DNA of 35,247 bases, taken from IMG/VR virus record IMGVR_UViG_3300042934_000658; one strand, written 5' to 3'. The notes beneath the pieces were generated by a model, which worked only from the letters and a program-made list of their open reading frames with translations, was not told the DNA's origin and did no database searches. Numbering within the stretch: the first letter of the stretch is position 1; each line of letters begins with the position of its first letter. This stretch comes from a virus. The translations under genes were made by a program, and so were the position numbers. Of the stretch, positions 22,940 to 30,417 are shown piece after piece.

Positions 22940-23561
22940 CTTCCCTCTCCCTTTTAAAAGAGTAGTACAAGAAAAACATAGAAAGCAGGAAGAAAACAAG
23001 AATATTCATGTAAATTTCTTTGTAGTACAGCAAAACAGATATGCCTAACAAAAAACCAATAATAGTTATTGTAAGCGCTATATCCTCAAACTTAAATCGT
23101 AATTTCTCAAATTCAAAATTAAACCCTTTGCCCATGTGGTAAAGGAAATAGGCTCCGACTATAAGAACAATAGCGCTGATTACCTGCAGCAAATATCCAT
23201 TTACGATACTATTATCTATTGCGCTTATTGATCCAAAAAACAATAACACAATGCAAGTCTGCGTCACAGCAAAAATCACATACCCGGCGATCGTTGCAAG
23301 TAAAGAAAATATCAATGGAAGTTTTACCACAACTGTAAAGAAGATTGTAAATAACATGATACTGATTACCGGCGCAACATTTGCCATAGATAAATCATTT
23401 CTCAGAAGATAACTTTGGAGGTTCATTAGAAGGATGAAAAAAAGCACTTGCCATGCGTACCAACTCCACTTAAACCTAAACAAGCACATTATTAAAAAGT
23501 ACATAGAGAACGCTTCAATAGTTGAAAAAAACATAAAACCTACGGGCTCCCACGACAACAT
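22932..23561 (-). CDS. Polytopic membrane protein (6-8 TM), resembling an AgrC sensor module without a kinase domain or an HdrM/BrsM-type LytTR inhibitor
   Basis: The 209-aa product is almost entirely hydrophobic helices and ends ...FKREREDD right after the last TM. An ATGATTGA overlap couples it to agrB. Confidence 0.65.
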   Translation of the reverse strand: MLSWEPVGFMFFSTIEAFSMYFLIMCLFRFKWSWYAWQVLFFILLMNLQSYLLRNDLSMANVAPVISIMLFTIFFTVVVKLPLIFSLLATIAGYVIFAVTQTCIVLLFFGSISAIDNSIVNGYLLQVISAIVLIVGAYFLYHMGKGFNFEFEKLRFKFEDIALTITIIGFLLGISVLLYYKEIYMNILVFFLLSMFFLYYSFKREREDD

Positions 23562-23670
23562 GCAACACCACCTGACATAATTTTCATTTGACGCAATCAT
23601 TATACCGCCAAAAACCTAAAACCGTATATCAGAATGTGCGACTTTTGCATACTTGAATATTCATGACATA

Positions 23671-23699
23671 AATATATACTCGTACAAGTATATTGTCAA
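23671..23699 (-). promoter_or_regulatory. Promoter of the agr-like operon: TTGACA-17-TATATT
   Basis: The -35 is at 23694..23699 and the -10 at 23671..23676. The 17-nt spacer is one of the two palindromic operators. Confidence 0.55.
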
Positions 23700-23726
23700 T
23701 AAATATTTAATACTTGTACGAGTATA
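23675..23726. promoter_or_regulatory. Two copies of an 18-bp near-palindrome TATACT-N6-AGTATA, which together form a perfect 17-bp inverted repeat
   Basis: tatactcgtacaagtat (23675..23691) is the exact reverse complement of atacttgtacgagtata (23710..23726). One copy lies in each of the two divergent promoters. Confidence 0.8.
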
Positions 23727-23742
23727 ACAATTTCTATATAAT
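23714..23742 (+). promoter_or_regulatory. Promoter of the RHH gene: TTGTAC-17-TATAAT
   Basis: The -35 at 23714..23719 lies inside the right operator, and the -10 is at 23737..23742. Confidence 0.5.
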
Positions 23743-23753
23743 TACAGCAAAGG

Positions 23754-23975
23754 ATGGTGAGCATATTGGAGGAATCTAAAAGAAGCCCAGCATCACGGGC
23801 AAAGATGAAATACAACGCCAAAAACTATGAACGAATCCCCTTAGATGTCAAAATAGGCACCAAAGCAATCTATAAGGCTGCAGCTGCGGCAGAGAATCTA
23901 AGTCTAAATGCTTTTATCCAGAAGGCCATAGAAGAAAAAATGGATCGAAAATCAAAGGAAACCCCGCCAGCATAA
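23754..23975 (+). CDS. Ribbon-helix-helix (CopG/Arc/HicB-C-like) DNA-binding protein
   Basis: The product contains ...IPLDVKIGTKAIYKAAAAAENLSLNAFIQKAIEEKM. The start codon is uncertain. Confidence 0.55.
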   Translation: MVSILEESKRSPASRAKMKYNAKNYERIPLDVKIGTKAIYKAAAAAENLSLNAFIQKAIEEKMDRKSKETPPA

Positions 23976-23992
23976 TCGTTGACGGGGTTTCC
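23957..23992. terminator. Bidirectional terminator between the RHH gene and the end of the late/lysis operon
   Basis: The stem ggaaaccccg ... cggggtttcc is 10 bp, with extra inner pairs and T-rich flanks on both strands. Confidence 0.7.
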
Positions 23993-24083
23993 TTTACATG
24001 ATTTCTTGGATATCACCTGAAACTCCTAATAATGTGTCGTCCAGTAGTCTGTGTTGCCTGAATTGATTTGTAACCCATACTCC

Positions 24084-24100
24084 CAAACGCTTGGGAATTT
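24084..24100. repeat. 17-mer caaacgcttgggaattt, copy 3 (abuts the endolysin stop codon)
   Basis: A perfect match to 8713..8729. Here the hairpin is tcccaa-acgc-ttggga (24081..24096). Confidence 0.85.
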
Positions 24101-24731
24101 ACTTTTTTGCAACGACAAACGTCAACCATGCAAGCTCGGATGTTGTCAGTGTCCTTTTGTCGATCTTATCCAGCCAGGATGTGTCACTGATCGTCTTAGC
24201 GTCCAGGAGCGCCTTAACTCCTGCGCGGAGTGTTGTCCATTGATAGTTTGACAGTTCCAATTCTTCGTCCTCCTTGATGGCCTCAACGGCCTTATTATAT
24301 AGCTCCAACTCCGCCATGCGGCGGCGGACCAGCCCGGGCAACACATTGCCGCCGCCCTTGTTGTACTTGGTGATGTTATCGGCAATCTGCGCAATTGTGC
24401 GGCCCTTACAAAGCTGCTGCAGACTACCATTGCCGCAGTTATAGGTAAAGCTTACAAGAGCATCAAACTGGTTTTGATTGAGTTGCGCTGTCACCGGTAC
24501 ATAAGACGGGCTGTTAACGTATCCCTCATACTTGGCGAGATCCGTCACCAGCATGCTATCAGCCTGGGCCTGTGAGATAGTCATGCCCTCGTTAACATTA
24601 GGGCCATAGTGGCCCCAGCCAATTGTCCAATATTGCTCTGTCGGCACTGGCTTGTATGCCTTGAGGCGGCATCCTTCATAATTTTTAATCAGCTTGATGC
24701 CCGTTCCTGATATTTTACGACTCATTTCCAT
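24099..24731 (-). CDS. Endolysin: GH24 lysozyme domain plus a C-terminal putative wall-binding region
   Basis: The product contains ...IKNYEGCRLKAYKPVPTEQYWTIGWGHYG...FDALVSFTYNCG.... Confidence 0.9.
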   Translation of the reverse strand: MEMSRKISGTGIKLIKNYEGCRLKAYKPVPTEQYWTIGWGHYGPNVNEGMTISQAQADSMLVTDLAKYEGYVNSPSYVPVTAQLNQNQFDALVSFTYNCGNGSLQQLCKGRTIAQIADNITKYNKGGGNVLPGLVRRRMAELELYNKAVEAIKEDEELELSNYQWTTLRAGVKALLDAKTISDTSWLDKIDKRTLTTSELAWLTFVVAKK

Positions 24732-24736
24732 TCCCC

Positions 24737-25246
24737 CTATGCAGATTGGTCATTGTCTGGATGCTCCGGCTTAGCTGGATTGTTCTTGCTCTTGTCCTCG
24801 CTCAGCTGTAGTAAATAATCCTTGAGCTTGTCCGGAAGAGGTACGCCGATAACTCCGAAATTTTCCACAACTGAAAGCGCCTCGCGGCCAGCATAAAATA
24901 GTATGGCAGCCATCCGAAATATTGGAGCACCTGGCTGAACCCATTCATCTACCAAGGCCGCTAGTCCGACTACAAAGAGCACGGTCACTTTGCGAATCCC
25001 GCCCCAGAACATAATGTCACTACTGACTGTCTTGGTCTTAAACGCTCCTGCTACACCGCTGGCATAGTCAGCCAGCATGAGAACTATGAGAAGTTCAAGT
25101 GGTTTGTCATATCCACCCAACCAACCTGCAGCCATAGCAAGCAATCCAGTAATTGAGGCTACGCCTCCTACTGCTATTTCTCGACTTCCAGATCCGATAG
25201 CTGCCGTGAATACCGTTGTTACAATATGTCTGATTTGATTAATCAT
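24737..25246 (-). CDS. Holin (phage_holin_4-like, multi-TM)
   Basis: The ATG at 25246 follows AAGGAGG. Several TM helices are present, and the gene lies immediately upstream of the endolysin. Confidence 0.7.
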   Translation of the reverse strand: MINQIRHIVTTVFTAAIGSGSREIAVGGVASITGLLAMAAGWLGGYDKPLELLIVLMLADYASGVAGAFKTKTVSSDIMFWGGIRKVTVLFVVGLAALVDEWVQPGAPIFRMAAILFYAGREALSVVENFGVIGVPLPDKLKDYLLQLSEDKSKNNPAKPEHPDNDQSA

Positions 25247-25442
25247 GTTGTTCCTCCTTATTTCTGTCTTCATCACTTTGTTCTGGCATAAGAATATTCA
25301 GCCGTTCATCCAGTGCAGCGCGGATTCCCTCAAGGAACTTTACTTCTTGACCAGGGAAGAATGTGCCGACAGCCGATATTACCGCGCATACCTCACTTAC
25401 AGTAGGCTCGATTTCAATTACCAGTTTGTTTTGTACTCTCAT
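25239..25442 (-). CDS. Hypothetical small protein
   Basis: The ATG at 25442 follows GAAAGGA, and the ORF overlaps the holin start by 8 nt. Confidence 0.45.
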   Translation of the reverse strand: MRVQNKLVIEIEPTVSEVCAVISAVGTFFPGQEVKFLEGIRAALDERLNILMPEQSDEDRNKEEQHD

Positions 25443-25469
25443 GTGATCATTCCTTTCGACAATAAAAAA

Positions 25470-25492
25470 GAGCCCTGCCAATGGCAGAACCC
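25470..25492 (-). terminator. Intrinsic terminator upstream of the lysis cassette
   Basis: The minus strand GGGTTCTGCC-ATT-GGCAGGGCTC (10 bp including G-U pairs) is followed by TTTTTTATT. Confidence 0.65.
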
Positions 25493-25508
25493 TTTAATGT
25501 CGTATATT

Positions 25509-26033
25509 TTATTTTTGAAGCTCAGCTAACTTTGCTTCAGTTTGAGTAAGAAGATTATTTAGTATTTCTAATTTACTTTCAAGCATCTGAATGCCGAAAG
25601 ATATGCTTTCTTTTCTACCGTCAGTCTGAGCGACCTCCAGTTTTTCTTTCTCAATTGTCAAATCAGACTGAACTTTAGTAATATCATTTTTTGTCCTCTC
25701 GATACTATTTGTTAAATCCGAGATTCGAGTATCTTTTGTTTGATCAGATACACTTGTATTATCCACAACAGCCTGCGCCTCCTTGTCCTGAATAATGATT
25801 CGCTTCCCCTCAACCGTAAGCCCAGCGCCTGTTGCATCAGAAATAGCCCTTACTGGTGCATAGGCCGTGCCGTTGATCACCACTGCATCAGCTACCTTCG
25901 TTCCTGCCTTCTCCACACTGAATAGCCCCTGAACCTTCTGCCCGATTAGGCTTGAGCTATCCGCAAATGCAGAAGCCCCCGCAAATAAAAAACCACCGAC
26001 AATAACGCCTGCTACGAACTTTTTCAAAGTCAC
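25509..26033 (-). CDS. Secreted/anchored protein with a copper-amine-oxidase-N-terminal-like stalk domain and a coiled coil
   Basis: The signal-like N-terminus is MTLKKFVAGVIVGGFLFAGASAFA. It is followed by INGTAYAPVRAISDATGAGLTVEGKRIII. Confidence 0.6.
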   Translation of the reverse strand: MTLKKFVAGVIVGGFLFAGASAFADSSSLIGQKVQGLFSVEKAGTKVADAVVINGTAYAPVRAISDATGAGLTVEGKRIIIQDKEAQAVVDNTSVSDQTKDTRISDLTNSIERTKNDITKVQSDLTIEKEKLEVAQTDGRKESISFGIQMLESKLEILNNLLTQTEAKLAELQK

Positions 26034-26089
26034 CGCTCCCTTAGAAGAATGTTACTTCTATTATCGGCGAAAGATGGTATATTTTTCAA

Positions 26090-27748
26090 TCAGGAAACGA
26101 TAAATGTTCCTCCACCTGAATTTGCATTGTCAGGGTTTCCGTGATTATGATTTGGTATGGTCACACTATGGGTGTGGAAGATATCTGCTTTAGAATCAAG
26201 TAGAGTGTAGATACGATCTAGTTCCTCACTCAATGTTATAGCATCTGCCGCACTGTATAAGTTACCCCAACCATTCAATTGAACTTTTGGGGAAGTTAAA
26301 GATAAGATTGTTGCTGCCCACATATCAAGATGCCCTAAATATGATGTGATTGCGCCTAAGTTTAAACCATTTGCAATAAATCTCACACCTGGAGCCCCCG
26401 ATAAATCCGCTTCGATTTTAACGTAATTGTTAACATCCCGATAGGCTGCAAACATGTGATCCGAAGAACTCATCTCAGCACGCGGATAAACTCCGAATAT
26501 TCCTGTCCGGATCAATGCACCGGTAATTACCCCACCGTCAATGTCCGAAGCAGTTATCTTTCCCTGGAACTCACCATCCACTGCCTTCATCTTTCCGGCA
26601 ACGTTAACGCTAAAAGGAGCATCTGCAAAGGATTCATCGCCTAACCAAATGCCCCAGTCGCTGGCGCGGAACGCATTGTCTCCACTGCCTATCATGATCG
26701 TGCCGCCTTCAAAGGATGAAGCAATGACCCGTCCAGAGAAGATGCCGTTCCCTTCGTTGTCCAGGTAAATGACATCCGTCCAGCTGGAGCCGCTGCCGTT
26801 GCCCTTCTGCAGCTTAATCCCTTCCGTGGCATTCATGACCGCTCGGGCCAAGTTGTCGCTGCGGACAGCCTCAAATCCCACTTCCGGCCCGATCCGGGTA
26901 CCGTTGTATACCTTGTCCTTCACAACCGTGGTCTTCCGCAGGCTCACGACGGCATCCGTGATCCCCGGTATCTTCTTGGATATGGTCACTTTGCTGTTTA
27001 TCCGGCGACGCGGGCTGTATGCATAACTGATAATCCGCTGCTGCTCATCAATCCCAAGCTCCGCATCATCGATGCCTACGGTATCGCCCAACTCGAAGTA
27101 TTCCAGCCCTTGAAATTCCGGCAGGCTGTTCAGCTCCAGGACATCAATCTCATACCCTACCACCCGCTCCCCTGACCGTATATCTACGTCCTTGATAAGC
27201 CCCCGTAGGTTTTTACCCAGCGAGAACCGAACGCCCCTCGGCTGCCCACGACGCACCAGCAGGGATATCGTATATCGGTCAAAGAGGAGTTCTCCTCCGG
27301 ACTGTGCGGCGATCTCCATCAGGATCGACCGGACACTGATATTTTCTTCCGCGAGATCCACAGAGATATACTCCGCAAGCTCCACGGTGCCGATCGTAAA
27401 CCAGGTACCTGCCAGCGCCATTTCGAGCAGCTGCGCTGGGGTACCGGCATGAACAAATCCATCCGCCCATTCCGTCAGGAGCAGATCATAACTTACCTGC
27501 TCACAATCGACGGAAACCAGTGTTGCACCGGTATTTGAACGGGTCCTGCGGTGATGGGCAATGTTGAACAGTTGATCCTCGACTTCGATAAGATTCCCGT
27601 CAACCAGGTATTCACTCTTCCCGTCCTCATCGATGTAGGTAGTGAAAGAGAATTTATATTCCCCGTTGATCTGCTCCTGTATAGAATCGTTGTCGTATTT
27701 TTCAATGATGGCCAGAGGCTGGAAAGATGGATTGCGTATGGTTATCAA
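26090..27748 (-). CDS. Tail-associated (Tal / prophage tail endopeptidase-family) minor structural protein, TTG start
   Basis: The N-terminus ...FQPLAIIEKYDNDSIQEQINGEYKFSFT... is typical of the family. The RBS is AAGGAGGTG. Confidence 0.75.
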   Translation of the reverse strand: MITIRNPSFQPLAIIEKYDNDSIQEQINGEYKFSFTTYIDEDGKSEYLVDGNLIEVEDQLFNIAHHRRTRSNTGATLVSVDCEQVSYDLLLTEWADGFVHAGTPAQLLEMALAGTWFTIGTVELAEYISVDLAEENISVRSILMEIAAQSGGELLFDRYTISLLVRRGQPRGVRFSLGKNLRGLIKDVDIRSGERVVGYEIDVLELNSLPEFQGLEYFELGDTVGIDDAELGIDEQQRIISYAYSPRRRINSKVTISKKIPGITDAVVSLRKTTVVKDKVYNGTRIGPEVGFEAVRSDNLARAVMNATEGIKLQKGNGSGSSWTDVIYLDNEGNGIFSGRVIASSFEGGTIMIGSGDNAFRASDWGIWLGDESFADAPFSVNVAGKMKAVDGEFQGKITASDIDGGVITGALIRTGIFGVYPRAEMSSSDHMFAAYRDVNNYVKIEADLSGAPGVRFIANGLNLGAITSYLGHLDMWAATILSLTSPKVQLNGWGNLYSAADAITLSEELDRIYTLLDSKADIFHTHSVTIPNHNHGNPDNANSGGGTFIVS

Positions 27749-27774
27749 AGCAGCACCTCCTTAGAAATGAAAAA

Positions 27775-27800
27775 GAGCCGCAGGAGGTATCCGGCAGCTC
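27775..27800 (-). terminator. Terminator-like hairpin between the tailspike and Tal genes
   Basis: The minus strand GAGCTGC-(11 nt)-GCGGCTC is followed by TTTTT. Confidence 0.45.
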
Positions 27801-27862
27801 GCTTAGAATTATTCGGTTGTTGCACAGTATCGTCCATATGTTCAGCATTTTTAATCTCCCAT

Positions 27863-29614
27863 TTACCAGTTCCACATATTAGGTTTAATTGTGACCAGTA
27901 CTCTGGCATCCGTCAAAGCATCTGCCGCGTTTCGATCGCGAACATAAACTGTTAGACGGGTGAAGGAATTGTACGTGTTGAAGTTGTCCGGGTCTACAGT
28001 GTTTGTGGCTTCTAGGTGATGCCATAACTGCTGAGTCATATTAAACGTGTTGGCATTGAGTACGCCAACATTCACAATCGCTTGCGGAATTTGTTTAGAC
28101 CCAAACGAGATTTGATATGTTCCGGCTGCGGTTCGCGTGACCGTTATGGTTACATCACTTGCAAAGTCGTGTGTCGTTGTTCCGTCTGCTTTAATGTATA
28201 GGTGATATTCTCCGTTAAAGAGTGCGCTTGTTTGCGTGTCATTGACCACAATCGGAGTTACATTGGCGGTCGGACTGACAATATCTATAATGCGTTTTCC
28301 GTTTTTATCGGTCTCTCGTAATTTGAGGCTTCCGTTGTCCTGTACATGATCGTTGTTATAAAACTGAAACGCCACTTCTTTCAAAGACACTAAACCACTA
28401 ATAATATCAACTGACCCACCAGTTCCATAGGCATACGCCCCACTAGCAATGGAAGGGTATGAAAAGTTTTGATCTGGACTGTTGAATTTGTTATTATTCG
28501 TGAACAATCCGCTTTTTTGAATACTTGAGCTGCTTGCATTTCCTTCAAACCAGGAATCTGTTATGGATACGTATTGGTGGTTTCGTAGGTCCAATGGTTT
28601 ACCGCCCAATTCAAATCCGCAATCTTGAATACATAAGGAGATGACTGTGTAGTATGTCGATCCGTTTTTATTCGTAATTGCTGTACCAGTATTTTGTATG
28701 AATCTATTACTCTTAAAGCGGATCATCGTGGATATATTATCTGCCCCTGGTGACGTGTTTGGTCCCAAAATAAAACCGTTGTTATTGTTACGGAAATAAC
28801 AGTTTGAGATGTCTACGTAAACCCCGGCAGTTACGCCGATCTGATTAAATCCTGAGATCATTAGCTTATCGATGGTTGTCATGTATCCAACAATATTAAA
28901 GGCGGTTTGAAGACTAGCAGTTCCCAATCCTTCAATTGCCATATTTCGAATGGTTCCGTAGTTAGGGGAGTAAGTTACGCCTCCTACCGGAGTAGGTGAA
29001 ACACCATACAAAAATTCTTTATTGACGCCAGTAAACTTGATTTTAGTGTCTAGCCAGAATTCACCTTCCCAATTAAAGCTATTTAATTTGGGGTATAACG
29101 TATCATCAATTAAATACTCTACCGAAGGTGTAGGCCAGTATAATTTCCTTCCTGTATCCATCATTGATTGGATGATTGATGTATCTGGGTTTGTTCCGTT
29201 GCCATGAGCAGCGTTAAATGGTGGTGGAGGGTAAAGAACGTTTATCCACTGGCTGTTTAAGTGAGACGCACCTTCCGCCAACTGTTCATCAGTCTTGTCC
29301 AGACGATCCGACAAGATTGCTTCGCCTCCACGGGCATCAATCAGCTCTGTGTCCTTCGTCCCATCCCCGTTATGAGCGATAATGTTCGATATGCGGTTGT
29401 CCTGAGTGATTAACTCCGCTTCCGCCTCGGAGATCCGGCTTCCGTGATTACTAACTGCCGCTTCCGCCGAACCCAGCCGCCCCTCGTGGTTGACCACCTG
29501 ATTATTGATATTTTCTGTATTCTTGTTTACTTTGTCGTACATGGTCGGCAGCGAATCCGATGGGTTTCCGTTCTTCGCCCCTTTGATCAGCTGAATGTCA
29601 GCCATCCCAATCAC
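27863..29614 (-). CDS. Tail fibre/tailspike with a predicted right-handed beta-helix (pectate-lyase-like) domain
   Basis: A coiled N-terminus is followed by ...NMAIEGLG...ISGFNQIGVTAGVYVDISNCYFRNNNNGFILG.... The body of the gene is more AT-rich than its neighbours. Confidence 0.65.
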   Translation of the reverse strand: MIGMADIQLIKGAKNGNPSDSLPTMYDKVNKNTENINNQVVNHEGRLGSAEAAVSNHGSRISEAEAELITQDNRISNIIAHNGDGTKDTELIDARGGEAILSDRLDKTDEQLAEGASHLNSQWINVLYPPPPFNAAHGNGTNPDTSIIQSMMDTGRKLYWPTPSVEYLIDDTLYPKLNSFNWEGEFWLDTKIKFTGVNKEFLYGVSPTPVGGVTYSPNYGTIRNMAIEGLGTASLQTAFNIVGYMTTIDKLMISGFNQIGVTAGVYVDISNCYFRNNNNGFILGPNTSPGADNISTMIRFKSNRFIQNTGTAITNKNGSTYYTVISLCIQDCGFELGGKPLDLRNHQYVSITDSWFEGNASSSSIQKSGLFTNNNKFNSPDQNFSYPSIASGAYAYGTGGSVDIISGLVSLKEVAFQFYNNDHVQDNGSLKLRETDKNGKRIIDIVSPTANVTPIVVNDTQTSALFNGEYHLYIKADGTTTHDFASDVTITVTRTAAGTYQISFGSKQIPQAIVNVGVLNANTFNMTQQLWHHLEATNTVDPDNFNTYNSFTRLTVYVRDRNAADALTDARVLVTIKPNMWNW

Positions 29615-30417
29615 CCCGCATATTTTGCTTTGAATTTTATTGCCATACTGAAGTTCAAGCCGGTACCGCCAACGGTCACCGTCGATACGCCCCGGGGCAG
29701 CACGCCGAACCGGGCATTGGTATGAAGCAGCACGTTTGTTGAGCCAATACGCGCCGTCCGTCGCTGGAAGTCAAGAACCAGTGTTCCAGACATGGGAACA
29801 TTGTAGGTAGTAACCACACCGCCCACAGTCAGCGAAAGCGTGCTGAAGCTTCCGGAAATCTCAATGACCGGCTTAACGTTTAGCGATCCATAATTTTCAA
29901 TGGATAGCGCAATCGGCCCATTGACCGCAAAATTATAAGCAGCGTCCAGAGATATTGCCGTGTCAACCAGAATCGGAGTATCCACGTTAATATCGTCAGA
30001 GTCAAATATACTGTAGGCATAAGGATCAAAGGCGGTGAACGGTAAGGAAAATTTGCCTAATCCGGCTGACCGGTTTATGGGCAACTGTCCGGAGTAACGA
30101 ACCATGTAATGCCGGTCCGGCAGCAGCTCAAAGATCAGAGGAATGGTTCTCGGTCTGCCGTCGCCGTCCAGCAAGAACTCTGCCAAGGCCGAAATACGCC
30201 GCTGCAGCTGATAGGGGTTGCGCTCATTAAAAGCACAATCCAGTATCAACGGCAACGGAGCCAGATCCGCCCCGAAGTCATACGCACCGTGCATGAAGGG
30301 AACGGTGTATGAACGGTCAACCGTAGGGGGCAGGATAGGGCGCTGCGACTCCCTCAGTGTCTTCAAGCCCATGTCCTGCGGACTCATGCCATCCAATAAT
30401 GCAACTACGCCTCTCAT
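29611..30417 (-). CDS. Distal tail protein (Dit, siphovirus tail component)
   Basis: A 268-aa ORF directly after the tape measure, overlapping it by 4 nt. Confidence 0.8.
   Translation of the reverse strand: MRGVVALLDGMSPQDMGLKTLRESQRPILPPTVDRSYTVPFMHGAYDFGADLAPLPLILDCAFNERNPYQLQRRISALAEFLLDGDGRPRTIPLIFELLPDRHYMVRYSGQLPINRSAGLGKFSLPFTAFDPYAYSIFDSDDINVDTPILVDTAISLDAAYNFAVNGPIALSIENYGSLNVKPVIEISGSFSTLSLTVGGVVTTYNVPMSGTLVLDFQRRTARIGSTNVLLHTNARFGVLPRGVSTVTVGGTGLNFSMAIKFKAKYAG

Noticed and set aside
23754-23975. The RHH gene as the antitoxin of a toxin-antitoxin pair
   Set aside because: No partner toxin ORF is adjacent; the gene is followed directly by a bidirectional terminator. The operator arrangement points to a transcriptional regulator role.
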